DNA of 64,000 nt. It comes from Candidatus Bathyarchaeota archaeon (GTDB lineage: Archaea > Thermoproteota > Bathyarchaeia > Bathyarchaeales > Bathycorpusculaceae). The stretch's first letter is position 1. Every line of letters begins with the position of its first letter. The stretch spans positions 576,001-640,000 of the forward strand of contig OY970340.1 of NCBI GenBank assembly GCA_963717465.1, in the 5' to 3' direction. This document shows positions 21,921-32,260 of this stretch, piece by piece. The notes under the pieces are model-generated. The model was not told the origin of the DNA. It did not search any database and saw nothing but the letters and a program-made list of their open reading frames with translations. The position numbers and the translations under genes were made by a program.

Positions 21921-22700
21921 TTATATAGTTTTCTTTAGCAGAAGCTCACATATATCGTCTATGGTCTTAACTGCTTCACTTGTCATGTTCTTTAATGGTG
22001 TTTCACCAAGCATGTCAGCTTCAATGACTTTCTGGTCGAAGGGCACAAAAGTAAGCAGGGGCAAATTGTTTTTTTCAGCAAAGCTACTAACAGCTTCTCT
22101 TTGAGCCTTGTTCATGATTCTATTTCCAACAAGGTACAGTTGCTTCATGCCAGCATCTTTAGCCATATCATGGATGTGCTTGGCAATTTCCAGCGATTTC
22201 AAGTTGGAGTCTGCAACGATAAGTAATGCGTCCACGTGTCTTGCAGTGCCTCTGCCAATATGTTCAACGCCAGCTTCCAAATCCAGTACAATGGCTTCAT
22301 CGCGTTCCACAACAAGATACCGCAGCAGAGAGCGTATGACAGCGTTTGGAGCACACATACACCCTGCACCCATCGACTGCACGGTACCCATAACGATCAA
22401 ATTCACGCCGAGCGGAGTATTAACCGCATAATCACGTACTATGTCGTCAACGGTGAATTGCAAGCGGTAGACGCCTGAGTAACCTGTATCAGTTTTCGAA
22501 TCGATTAAGGGCTTGTTCTGTGAGATGGGAACAATTTTGCGAGTTTCCTCGGCAGCTAAACCTAAAGTTAAACCAAGATTAGGAGAAGAATCAGCATCGA
22601 GCGCTATGGTTTTTAACCCTCGCTTAGAAAACCCGCGTGCTAAGCCGCCAGCAATTAGGGTTTTTCCAACTCCACCCTTGCCAGAAACTGCTACCTTCAT
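21921..22700 (-). CDS. cooC: CooC-type Ni-insertion ATPase, second copy
   Basis: GKGGVGKT, GCMCAPN, DLEAGVEH. Confidence 0.9.
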   Translation of the reverse strand: MKVAVSGKGGVGKTLIAGGLARGFSKRGLKTIALDADSSPNLGLTLGLAAEETRKIVPISQNKPLIDSKTDTGYSGVYRLQFTVDDIVRDYAVNTPLGVNLIVMGTVQSMGAGCMCAPNAVIRSLLRYLVVERDEAIVLDLEAGVEHIGRGTARHVDALLIVADSNLKSLEIAKHIHDMAKDAGMKQLYLVGNRIMNKAQREAVSSFAEKNNLPLLTFVPFDQKVIEADMLGETPLKNMTSEAVKTIDDICELLLKKTI

Positions 22701-22729
22701 TCAATTACACAACAAGAGTGTTATATCAT

Positions 22730-23560
22730 CTAACTATTATTTTTTGATGCTGAAACGGTTATGCTTACTATAGAATTAGCCGCTTCTTTAACCTCTTCAG
22801 ATGTCAAGCCTAAATTGTTGAGGGCTTCTTTAGCTTCAGGTTCGCTAATGATACAGTCAAGGGGAAAAGTTTTTTCCTGCATAATTTTTACTGTTTGGAA
22901 TCCGGCTTTCTTTATTTTGTCGATGTATTCGTCTTTAATCTCTGCTCCAGAAATGCATCCTGCGTATGCTTCAACGCTTTTTTCCATGGCTTTAGGCAGC
23001 TTCTTTAGCAGAACGATGTCTGAAACCATCAACCGACCATTAGGGGCAAGAACTCTGAAGGCTTCTTCAAACACTCGCTTCTTGTTTGGTGCAAGGTTGA
23101 TTACACAATTCGAGATTATTGCATCGATTGAGTTGTCTGCTACGGGCAAGTTCTCGATTTCTCCAAGCCTGAACTCCACGTTTGAGTAGTTACCTTTCTT
23201 GGCATTCTTACGAGCTTTTTCCAGCATTTCGGGGGTCATATCTACTCCGATAACTTTTCCTGTTTTACCAACTTTCTTAGCAGCTAGGAAACAGTCAAAA
23301 CCTGCGCCTGAACCTAAATCTAAAACCCGCTCGCCCTCTTTCAGCGATGCTAAAGCGGTTGGGTTACCGCAACCTAGACCGAGATTAGCGCCTTCGGGAA
23401 CTTGATGGATTTCATCTTCAGTGTAACCGATCATTTTGCTTATCTGTTGGTCTGTCGGAGCTGAACAGCAACTGACATTCGATTGGCAACAAGTTCCATT
23501 AGTCTTAGCAACTTTAGCGTATCTTTTTCTTACTACTTTCTTGATTTTATCTTCTTTCAG
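22730..23560 (-). CDS. arsM: Arsenite S-adenosylmethionine methyltransferase; probable CTG start
   Basis: [31 protein letters not shown]; frame extends 42 codons upstream ([22 protein letters not shown]...SCC) to CTG at 23560. Confidence 0.92.
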   Translation of the reverse strand: MKEDKIKKVVRKRYAKVAKTNGTCCQSNVSCCSAPTDQQISKMIGYTEDEIHQVPEGANLGLGCGNPTALASLKEGERVLDLGSGAGFDCFLAAKKVGKTGKVIGVDMTPEMLEKARKNAKKGNYSNVEFRLGEIENLPVADNSIDAIISNCVINLAPNKKRVFEEAFRVLAPNGRLMVSDIVLLKKLPKAMEKSVEAYAGCISGAEIKDEYIDKIKKAGFQTVKIMQEKTFPLDCIISEPEAKEALNNLGLTSEEVKEAANSIVSITVSASKNNS

Positions 23561-23562
23561 AA

Positions 23563-23811
23563 CTATCCCTCCTGTTTAGTTACTCCTTTAAGCAGAGGAC
23601 CAAGAGTCTTCGTTACTGCACCGACTAGTCTATCTGCTTTAATCATCATTATACAACAAACTTTACCATCTTTCTCGCATGCAACAATAGCAATTTTGTC
23701 ATTAGGATTGAAATTTGCCTTTTCACGCAAATCTTTGGGCAACACGATCTGCCCTTTTGCATCCATTGTTATTACTGCATCAATTCTGCAGGTATCTCCC
23801 TCACAAGCCAT
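23563..23811 (-). CDS. AbrB-fold small protein resembling the HgcAB-associated HgcC family
   Basis: MDAKGQIVLPKDLREKA AbrB pattern plus KVCCIMMIKA vicinal Cys. Confidence 0.75.
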   Translation of the reverse strand: MACEGDTCRIDAVITMDAKGQIVLPKDLREKANFNPNDKIAIVACEKDGKVCCIMMIKADRLVGAVTKTLGPLLKGVTKQEG

Positions 23812-23851
23812 GAGAATCATCATGGATAATCTACTCAAAACCAATATAAAC

Positions 23852-23880
23852 TTTTCTGATTTTTCTGAAAAATCTGAAAA
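23852..23880. promoter_or_regulatory. Imperfect 29-bp palindrome in the divergent ars promoter
   Basis: TTTTCTGATTTTTC-T-GAAAAATCTGAAAA, arms complementary at 13 of 14 positions. Confidence 0.55.
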
Positions 23881-23984
23881 TATCAACAATAACCTATTAA
23901 ACACAAAAAATGAATTTTCCTACCAATCTCCTTAAATACATGCCTCCCGAACACTATAAATTATTTTTAATAGCAGGAAAGCGC

Positions 23985-25049
23985 ATGGAGCAACCTAAGC
24001 CTCATCTTTCATGGTTAAGCAAATTCCTGACACTTTGGATATTCCTAGCCATGCTTGCTGGCGTTTTAATTGGCTATATTTATCCAAATACCTCGACAGT
24101 TATCGGCTCTTTAAGCATAGGAACAACCTCAATTCCAATCGCTATCGGGTTAATCTGGATGATGTATCCACCATTGGCTCGAGTCCGCTACGAGGACCTA
24201 AAGAAAATAGTTGCAGCAAAAGAGGCAAAAACCATGTTTGCAGAGTCACTTTCTTTGAACTGGATAATCGGGCCATTATTAATGTTCGCTTTAGCATGGG
24301 TATTTCTTGGAAGCTACCCAGCACTTCGGGATGGCGTAATACTCATAGGCTTGGCACGCTGCATCGCAATGGTAATTGTCTGGAACAATCTTGCAGAAGG
24401 CGACAACGAATGGACCGCGATACTTGTCGCAATCAACTCGATTTTTCAGATCCTCATGTATTCAGTTCTCGCCTACTTTTACATAACAATTGCGAGCTCT
24501 TGGATATCGGGAACTGGACAAATCGTAGACATCTCCCTATTACAAGTTGCCCAATCAGTAACAATCTACTTAGGAATACCATTTTTCGCAGGAATCATAA
24601 CTCGATTCTACTTTATCAAATCTAAAGGCAAAGAATGGTATGGAAAAAAATTTATGCCCAAACTAAGCCCTACCTCGCTTATTGCGTTGATATTCACAAT
24701 AATCGTGATGTTCTCTTTAAAAAGCCAGTATATTATTAGCTTACCGTTAGACGTGGTTAGAGTTGCTGTTCCGCTTCTAATCTATTTTGTAGTTATGTTT
24801 TCCGCAGCTTTTGCGTTAGGATACTATTCAAAGCTTGGTTATCAAAGAACTGCATCGCTTTCCTTCACAGCCGCTAGCAATAACTTTGAACTAGCCATAG
24901 CTGTAGCAGTCGCTGTTTTTGGCTTAGCGTCCCAAGAAGCTTTTGCGGCAGTAATTGGTCCACTTGTAGAAGTTCCTGTTATGATTAGTCTAGTGAACGT
25001 TGCTATATGGTTACGGAAAAAATATTTTGCTAGTGAGAAGGAGATTTAG
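23985..25049 (+). CDS. acr3: Arsenite efflux transporter Acr3
   Basis: [41 protein letters not shown]. Confidence 0.95.
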   Translation: MEQPKPHLSWLSKFLTLWIFLAMLAGVLIGYIYPNTSTVIGSLSIGTTSIPIAIGLIWMMYPPLARVRYEDLKKIVAAKEAKTMFAESLSLNWIIGPLLMFALAWVFLGSYPALRDGVILIGLARCIAMVIVWNNLAEGDNEWTAILVAINSIFQILMYSVLAYFYITIASSWISGTGQIVDISLLQVAQSVTIYLGIPFFAGIITRFYFIKSKGKEWYGKKFMPKLSPTSLIALIFTIIVMFSLKSQYIISLPLDVVRVAVPLLIYFVVMFSAAFALGYYSKLGYQRTASLSFTAASNNFELAIAVAVAVFGLASQEAFAAVIGPLVEVPVMISLVNVAIWLRKKYFASEKEI

Positions 25050-25050
25050 T

Positions 25051-25443
25051 ATGAAACGAGTTCTGTTTGTATGTATTGAAAACGCTGGCAGAAGCCAAAT
25101 GGCAGAAGCATTCGCCAAAAAATACGGAGAAAACAAGTTCATCGCTTCCAGTGCAGGAAACAAGCCTGCTGGCAGGGTTAACCCTATTGTTGTAGAAGTC
25201 ATGAAAGAGAAAGGCATCGATATTTCTAAGAATAAGCCTAAAGAGCTTACTTTTCAAATGGCTAACGACTCAGACCTAATAGTTACCATGGGCTGCAGCG
25301 ATCAAGGAATTTGCCCCGGACCGTTCTTTAAGCCAACAATCGAGTGGAAACTCGAAGACCCAAAAGGAAAGCCTATAGAAAAAGTTAGAGAGATAAGAGA
25401 TGAAATCGAGCGACAAGTGCAAGAGTTAATAAGAAACAGCTAG
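25051..25443 (+). CDS. arsC: Arsenate reductase (LMW-PTP family)
   Basis: FVCIENAGRSQMAEAF, W.LEDPKG. Confidence 0.9.
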   Translation: MKRVLFVCIENAGRSQMAEAFAKKYGENKFIASSAGNKPAGRVNPIVVEVMKEKGIDISKNKPKELTFQMANDSDLIVTMGCSDQGICPGPFFKPTIEWKLEDPKGKPIEKVREIRDEIERQVQELIRNS

Positions 25444-25451
25444 AGGAGTTT

Positions 25452-25638
25452 ATGGAAATGGGCTTCTACGTGGGAATAAAGGAAAAAGCTAAGCCTGTAA
25501 TATTTGAGAGCAAAAAAAGCACCCAGTAACGCACCTCAATACGACGTCATTTACGGCCCGTTTAAAACAAGAGAAGATTCAGAAAAGTACGTTAATGCGA
25601 TGGATCAAGGTGTTGCGTGCGGTGACTCAGATTTTTAA
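25452..25638 (+). CDS. Small hypothetical protein (~61 aa), one +1 slip in an A-run
   Basis: GAGGAG SD, then MEMGFYVGIKEK...YDVIYGPFKTREDSEKYVNAMDQGVACGDSDF*; absent from the ORF track. Confidence 0.5.
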
Positions 25639-25683
25639 CGTGAGAATATTAAGCTATTAGCCAAGTGCCCATAGGCTAAACTA

Positions 25684-26361
25684 TTAAACGTTTTTCCTTT
25701 CAGGGCTTTTTAAAAAGTCTTCGATAGCTTCAAGTCCTTTCATCGGTTTATCACTGTAAAAATCACAGCCTAATTTTTTTGAAATTTCCTCTGTGACAGC
25801 GCCTCCTCCTATTACTACTAAGATTTTGTTTCGAAGACCTTCGCGCTTAAGTTCCTCTATAGTTTCGCGGGTCAAGGAAAAAGCAGAAGCCTGCATGCAG
25901 GAAACAACCAGCGCTTGTGCTTTGATGGTTTTTATTGAATTAATAATGGAATCAGGCGTATCTTCTCTGCCAATCTTATAGGCAACCTTGTATCCTGACG
26001 ATTTGAAAAGCAAGGCCAAAATATCCTTCATCAATGTATGTCCATCACCTCTCATGCAAGCTACAACAACACGTCCTTTAGCATTAGTTGTCTCAGCGCT
26101 CTGCCTATCAAGGAACGACAAAACTCGAAAGGTAGGCACCAAAGCATTAGAAATTTTCTTCATAACCTGCATTTCTTCTCGCTCAGACTTTCCAGCTTTA
26201 TAGGATACTGCAATTTCTTCCCACACTGACGCAATTTCCATCAATATGTCCCTTACATTAACGCCACTTTCTAGAGCGCGTTTTACAATGCCCACTGCTT
26301 CCACGTCACCCCTTAAAAGGGAATCACGAATTTTTCCAAGCGAACTTTGACCCACAAACAT
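25684..26361 (-). CDS. Cobalamin-binding (corrinoid) domain protein
   Basis: N-terminal helical cap, GDGHTLMK (variant DxHxxG), VVSCM, VVIGGGAV. Confidence 0.75.
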   Translation of the reverse strand: MFVGQSSLGKIRDSLLRGDVEAVGIVKRALESGVNVRDILMEIASVWEEIAVSYKAGKSEREEMQVMKKISNALVPTFRVLSFLDRQSAETTNAKGRVVVACMRGDGHTLMKDILALLFKSSGYKVAYKIGREDTPDSIINSIKTIKAQALVVSCMQASAFSLTRETIEELKREGLRNKILVVIGGGAVTEEISKKLGCDFYSDKPMKGLEAIEDFLKSPERKNV

Positions 26362-26538
26362 TCCACAATATACGCCAAAATACGTCTACATAGCATTTTC
26401 CCAGCTACTAAAACTTGCCTCCACTGTTCGTAAGGTTTTAGAATCCTGTAAATACTGAAAAGAGGGAACTGCTAACCTCTTAAGTGATAGATAAAATTGA
26501 AGCAAATCCTGTTTTAATATTTATATATTCGGTTAATT

Positions 26539-27612
26539 ATGGCTAAAGCCATGAGCTCCAAAAAAATCGATTTTGAAAAGTCATTACTTAACGAAGTTGT
26601 CGGAAAAGGGAAATGTGCAAGTTGCGGCACATGCGTCGTCGTCTGTCCCTTCGGCAGCTTGGAATTTAAGAATGGAAAGCCTAATCAAATAAAAGAATGC
26701 AAAACCTGCGGCATTTGCTCGCAAGCTTGCCCAAGATACGAGTGGACTATGGCTGGTGCAGAGAACGTTGTTTTCGGTAGAGCAAGAAAGCCTGAAGAGG
26801 AATATGGAGTTTCCCGTAGGATAGCGATTGCTCAAGCTAAACCGGATAACATTCAGAAAGTCCGTCAAGATGGTGGAGCCGCCACTGCGATGCTGGCAGC
26901 TGCGTTGCAGAATGGATTGATTGATGGAGCCGTAGTTTCTGGAAAAAGCCAAGAAAAGCCTTTCCTTCCAGTTCCATTGCTTGCATTAACTCCGCAACAA
27001 ATTGTTGAAGCGGCAGGAACAAAATACACCTGTTCAAATAGTCTTCTTGGTTTGCCTGAAGTGATTAAGCAGAAAAAGACGCAAATCGCTTTTGTTGGCA
27101 CACCTTGCCAAGTTCAAGCTGTTAGAAAAATGCAGATGAGCGGGGTTAAAAAGTTTACAACATCAATTAAGTACGTTGTCGGTTTAATGTGCTCTGAATG
27201 CTTTGACTATGAAGGGCTCATAGATGCACACATTAAAGGTAAACTTGGGATTAATCCAAATGACATAACGAAAATGCAAATCAAGGGAAAGATGCTCGTA
27301 ACCACTCCAGCAGGAACCACAGCTATTCCTCTCGCAGAAATAAAACAATACGTTGGAAAGGGTTGTGGCGCGTGTGAAGACTTTAGCTCTGAACTCGCAG
27401 ATGTCTCAGTCGGTGGACTAGGACTCGATGGGTGGACATTCGCGATTATACGCACTGAAAAAGGCGAAGAACTATTCACAAACGCTGAAAAAGCAGGGTT
27501 CTTAGAATCAAAACCAGTCGAAGAAGGAGCCTTCTCAAAAAGCCTGCTGCTTAAACTTACAAGGAAGAAACGTGAAAAAACCCCAGCAGCTCAAGCTCCA
27601 CCAAAACAGTAA
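26539..27612 (+). CDS. F420-binding FrhB/FdhB/FpoF-family protein with 2x[4Fe-4S]
   Basis: Two CxxCxxCxxxCP, QDGGAAT, AAGTKY, FVGTPCQ, VGLMCSECF, CGACEDF. Confidence 0.9.
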   Translation: MAKAMSSKKIDFEKSLLNEVVGKGKCASCGTCVVVCPFGSLEFKNGKPNQIKECKTCGICSQACPRYEWTMAGAENVVFGRARKPEEEYGVSRRIAIAQAKPDNIQKVRQDGGAATAMLAAALQNGLIDGAVVSGKSQEKPFLPVPLLALTPQQIVEAAGTKYTCSNSLLGLPEVIKQKKTQIAFVGTPCQVQAVRKMQMSGVKKFTTSIKYVVGLMCSECFDYEGLIDAHIKGKLGINPNDITKMQIKGKMLVTTPAGTTAIPLAEIKQYVGKGCGACEDFSSELADVSVGGLGLDGWTFAIIRTEKGEELFTNAEKAGFLESKPVEEGAFSKSLLLKLTRKKREKTPAAQAPPKQ

Positions 27613-27715
27613 GAACCAAGATAATTCCCTCTCTATTCTTTTTGATATTTTACGGGTATTATTCTGTTGGCATAAAGAGATTTTTTAGTGTTGTTCTGAT
27701 CGCGTGTTGTTGTGC

Positions 27716-28358
27716 TTATGCAATGTTTAGTTTGAATTGATTTAAAACTTGTCGGCAAGCAGTCGTGCATTCTGATTTAAGCAATTTACTTAAGTCTTGA
27801 GCAGAGTCTATGTCCATGGCTACACTCCTTGATTGGTATAATTTCAAAGTCAAGCCTTTGCTATATGCCTCCTTAGCGTGTTTCTCAAAGCTCCTCGGCC
27901 CAAAAGCTGCATGAATTAAGTTTGGTGGACTTTGGAAGAGAACGTTTGTACCGCCATCACCTGAGCAAGACAACACAACAGTTGGATCGTTATCGCTTCC
28001 CAACTCAACTATTTTGTCCACATCGGCAGTGGAAAGCAATGGGATGTCGGCGGGAAGTACGAGTACAGCTTCTGCCCCTTTCTGTATGCACCATTCAGTT
28101 GCCTCATCAATCGCAGAGTTCAGACCATGATTTTTCTCGCTAATATGGGAAGCACCGAATTTACCCGCTACATCACGCACTACGAGATCATTACTAACTA
28201 CAACAATCTTCGTAACGGTTGAGTTTTGTCAGCGCGGTTAAAACGTCCTCAAGCATAGCTAGTGTTAGTTCTTTGCGCTCTTGCGGACTCAATACTGTAG
28301 AAAGACGTTCTTTTGAGACCCCCAAGCCCTTGACAGGTACAACCGCGTAAACAAGCAT
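27716..28358 (-). CDS. cofC: 2-phospho-L-lactate guanylyltransferase, frameshift near 28215
   Basis: AVVPVK...KERLS, LPADIPL, DGGTN, MDIDS. Confidence 0.88.
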
Positions 28359-28436
28359 GTTCAAGCCACCAGAAACCTTTCGTTGAGGCGACTGCGAGTT
28401 TATTGAAGTGTTCAATTGTCACCTAAAAATATTTAG

Positions 28437-28459
28437 ATGGCGCGTAAAAAACGCGCCAT
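28437..28459. terminator. Perfect 9-bp hairpin between mer and cofC
   Basis: ATGGCGCGT-AAAAA-ACGCGCCAT, just downstream of the mer stop. Confidence 0.55.
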
Positions 28460-28467
28460 TCAACTTT

Positions 28468-29466
28468 TTAATCTTTGAATTGGGGAATGATCTTGCTGCC
28501 GATTAAGTCGATGGCAGTCTTTACGTTTGAGCCGACTGGTGAACCGACTACGAATTGGCTTATGCCGAGCTTGCGAAGTTCTGCTATGCGAGCGATACAC
28601 ATGTCAGGTGTTCCGCTTATCGAGAAAGCGTTGATCATTTCAGGGGTTACTAAGCCGAGTGCTTTTGGGAAGTCTCCGGCTTTCAGTGCTGCACCGATTT
28701 CACTTGCTTTAGTCGGGTTTATGCCATGCTTTTCAAGAATTGCAGCTGGGCTTCCAGCAACGATGAAGGCTACTACGGGTGCTGCAGCTTTAAGGGCCTT
28801 CTTTAGGTCTTCGTTAACGCTGAATGATGTGTAAGCTGCAATGTCAACGTCGCTTGGGCTTCTATTTGCTTGTTTCATGCCTTCGCCTATTGTTTTAATA
28901 GCAAATGCAACGTCGCCTGGGTCGCTGGCGTTCACTAGGACACCGTCTCCAATTTTGCCAGCCATCTCCAGCATTTTCGGTCCCTGTGCACCAATATAGA
29001 CAGGAATTTTCCGTTTTATCTTAAAGTTGAATTTGGACCCGTTAGTCTTGAAGACTTCACCTTGGTACGCAACTACTTCGCCAGCGGTCATTTTTCGGAA
29101 GATTTCAACAGTTTCTTTTACGGCTGCCATTGGTTTGCCCATTTCGACTCCGATTTGTTCAAGAGTAGTCTTGTCTCCTGCACCTATGCCAAGCAGAACT
29201 CTTTCAGGAGCCATCTCGTCTAAGCTTGCGATGGCTTGTGCAGTGATAACTGGGTTAACCATCCAAGGATTAGTTACGCCTGTGCCGATGATTATCTTGT
29301 TTGTGTATAATGCTGCGGCTGCAAGCGTAGTGTAAACGTTTCGGTTTCCAAAGTGATCTGTAATCCACAGATTGCTAAACCCGTTCTTTTCCGATTGTAT
29401 GGCATAGGCAGCTATTTTCCAGTATGCTTCGCTGGGAACAAATTCTATTCCAAATTTAAGCGGCAT
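28468..29466 (-). CDS. mer: F420-dependent methylene-H4MPT reductase
   Basis: KFGIEFVP, WITDHFGNRN, GVTNP, GAQGPKML, FVVGSP. Confidence 0.92.
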   Translation of the reverse strand: MPLKFGIEFVPSEAYWKIAAYAIQSEKNGFSNLWITDHFGNRNVYTTLAAAALYTNKIIIGTGVTNPWMVNPVITAQAIASLDEMAPERVLLGIGAGDKTTLEQIGVEMGKPMAAVKETVEIFRKMTAGEVVAYQGEVFKTNGSKFNFKIKRKIPVYIGAQGPKMLEMAGKIGDGVLVNASDPGDVAFAIKTIGEGMKQANRSPSDVDIAAYTSFSVNEDLKKALKAAAPVVAFIVAGSPAAILEKHGINPTKASEIGAALKAGDFPKALGLVTPEMINAFSISGTPDMCIARIAELRKLGISQFVVGSPVGSNVKTAIDLIGSKIIPQFKD

Positions 29467-29471
29467 ATTAA

Positions 29472-29768
29472 TCAATCTCCCTTGTACATTTGGTGAACTA
29501 TTTGTTCAGCCAACTTTAACATTTGAAGTTCACCCAGTGCAGCAACCGTTTTCTCCGCATCAAGAAGCACGGCAGCTTCTAATACGGCAGTTAAACCTGC
29601 CTCACTGCTTGCAGTGCCGTTTTTCATATGGAGAAGAATGGTGTTTGCAAGGGTAACTGGCATTTTATGTTCATTTTTCGCACTTAAAATGACACCAATT
29701 AATTGTTCAGATAGGACTCCCCACTTCTCAGCGGGAACTGTTTCAACAAGTTTTGAATAATCCGTCAA
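29472..29768 (-). CDS. Small hypothetical protein co-oriented with mer
   Basis: TTG start after AAGGAGG; ends next to the mer start. Confidence 0.65.
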   Translation of the reverse strand: MTDYSKLVETVPAEKWGVLSEQLIGVILSAKNEHKMPVTLANTILLHMKNGTASSEAGLTAVLEAAVLLDAEKTVAALGELQMLKLAEQIVHQMYKGD

Positions 29769-29978
29769 GGTTCCTCCTTTGGAAAGGAAATTGCATGGTG
29801 ACACTTAAAAAGCATTCGTCCAAGGAAACAGCTTTCAGAAAACCACTTATTATGTTAAAGGTGATTGCTAAACGCGATCTTTCTCCAGTTTTTGAGTCGC
29901 TGTTTCCGACACTATTTTTGAGATAAATTTAAGTTTCATTGCATAATTAGCAATGATGACCAAATAGAGGGTATCAAC

Positions 29979-30736
29979 ATGAACATTATTCAGGTAATTC
30001 CAGTTGAGAATTTACCATTAATAAAGAATAAAGATAACCTCGGCCAACTCATCGTTAAAGCTGCAAAAAAACAGGGTACGCCGATTCAGGAAAATGACGT
30101 TATCGTTGTCACGCATGTTGTTGTTTCGAAAGCTGAAGGAAACGTGGTTAACCTCGACCAAGTTACTCCTTCGGAGCGAGCAAAGGAAATAGCGCAAAAG
30201 ACCGACAAAGACCCTGCGATGGTTGAGGTTATTCTTCAAGAAACCAAAGATATTATTCGTCTTGGTTCAAACAGTATCATAACCGAGACGAAAAGCGGAA
30301 TAGTCTGCGCTAATGCTGGGGTCGACCGATCAAATGTTGATGGTGAAAGAAATATTGTGCCACTGCCAAAAAACCCTGATGAGTCTGCGCAGAACATTAG
30401 GAAAGAAATAAAACGGTTAGCAGGCGTCAACGTTGCAGTTATAGTTTCTGATACTCACGGCGACCCTTCCGTATGGGTGAAATAAACGTTGCAGTCGGCA
30501 TAGCAGGAATCAAGCCTATCAGGGACAGGCGAGGCGAAAAAGATCTTTTCGGATATGTTCTTAGAATAAAGCAGACAGCTATTGCGGATGAATTATCTTC
30601 GGCAGCGGAACTTGTCATTGGCCAAGCGAATGAAGGAATACCAGTTGCCATCATAAGAGGATACAAATACAAAATTGATGAAAACGCCTCAAGAACAGAC
30701 CTTACTAGACCAAGAGAAAAGGACCTTTTCAGATAA
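29979..30736 (+). CDS. cofE: F420-0:L-glutamate ligase, frameshift near 30465
   Basis: VVSKAEG, CANAGVDRSN, SDTHG, DLFGYVL, ADELSSAAELVIGQ. Confidence 0.92.
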
Positions 30737-30942
30737 ACTAAAGTTAAACTTCAAGATTAATTTTGGTTCTGAGAAAAGGAAATCGTATTTTTTATTTTTC
30801 TTTTTGAGGTTTAGTTTGGTAACGTTTGCAGTTTTTCTAAATTGAAAAATTAATTTATTTCCTTTTTATTCGATTTTAAGATTGGATGGCTGGCAGATTA
30901 TAGTTAATTTTAAATATAACTGTACTAATAATCGCCTTTAAT

Positions 30943-31089
30943 TACTGGTGTCTAATGAGTGTTGGTCGTCTCAAGTAGTGACCCATTATCTGATTGGCAT
31001 CTTTTAGCCCCTAAGGCGTTCCCAGACTTATCAATCAAAGATTTCTCTCATTTGGCGTTATCCAACAATTCTATAGTTAGAGATCAGTA
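30943..31089 (+). ncRNA. Putative structured 5' leader RNA
   Basis: Ends pair (12 of 13 bp) with nested stems inside; starts ~27 nt after the TATA-like TTTAAATA. Confidence 0.45.
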
Positions 31090-31124
31090 CTTTCTCAAGA
31101 CAGCAGCAAATTCAAGGAATAATT

Positions 31125-32260
31125 ATGGAAGAGACTGAAGAAGAGCCTTCGCATCTTAATCATGAAAATGAAGAAATTAAAAATCGTGGTCCCTTTTCAC
31201 TTTTAGACGGTGCAACTGCACAGGTTCCGTCAATAACTCCTGAATTGTATTTTGAAAGCAAGACAGCTAGAGATCACAGCAAATCGCTTGAAGAACGGCT
31301 CGAATGCTTTGAAATAATACTTGATTCAGAAGTAGGCGATACAAACCTAACCCGAGCAAGAAACATTGAAAGAGAAGTTGGACTTCGACAAATATACCTT
31401 AAATTCGAAGGCGGAAATCCAACTGGAACACAAAAGGATCGCATCGCCTTCGCACAAGCTCTTGACGCGCTTCGCAGGGGATACGATGAAATAACAGTTG
31501 CTTCATGCGGCAACTACGGCGCAGCAATCGCGTTAGCTGCATCCTTGGCTGGATTACGATGCCTAATTTACATTCCTGAAGGGTACCACGCTAATAGAAT
31601 CAAAGAAATTAAGCAGTATAGGCGCTGAAATAATTAAGACTCCTGGAGATTATGAAGAATCAGTGAAGATTTCTCGTGAACAAGCTGAAGCAAAACGGCT
31701 ATTACGATGCGAATCCAGGCGGAAGCAACACAAACATTCAATTCAAAGCGTACGGCGAAATAGCTTACGAGATTTACGATGAACTCAGAGATGCACCTGC
31801 AGCTGTAGCTGTACCAGCCTCAAACGGCTCCACGATAGCAGGAATCTACAGAGGCTTTCTAAGCTTATACAACCGAGGAAAAACATCCCGCATTCCACGC
31901 TTCATTGCAGGTTCGTCTTACGGCATGAACCCAATAATAAACGCCTTCATCAAAAATATGCCTCACTGCTGCGACCTGAAACCTGAAAAAATCAGAAACA
32001 CGTCAATTAATGAGCCTTTAATCAACTGGCGTTCAATCGACGGTGACTACGCGCTTTCAGCCATCAGGCAAACTCATGGATGGGCTGCATATGCAACTGA
32101 CAAGAGCATGATGGATTACGCACGTTTAATACGTGATAAAGAAGGCTTAAGTGTCCTTCCAGCGTCCACAGCCGGGTTAATAGCACTTTTGGATAGACAT
32201 AAAAAGGAACCTTACCCTGGCGACCGATATGTGGTAATCCTTACTGGGCGCAAAGCGTGA
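31125..32260 (+). CDS. PLP-dependent threonine-synthase-like enzyme, frameshift(s) around 31620-31690
   Basis: LKFEGGNPTGTQKDR, ASCGNYGAA, VPASNGST, LPASTAG. Confidence 0.85.

Noticed and set aside
23563..26361. Mercury methylation locus (HgcC-like gene plus corrinoid protein)
   Set aside because: No NVWCAAGK HgcA motif and no HgcB ferredoxin in the window.
7843..30736. Evidence of methanogenesis
   Set aside because: cdh, mer and cof are shared with non-methanogenic Wood-Ljungdahl archaea; no mcr or mtr genes are in the window.
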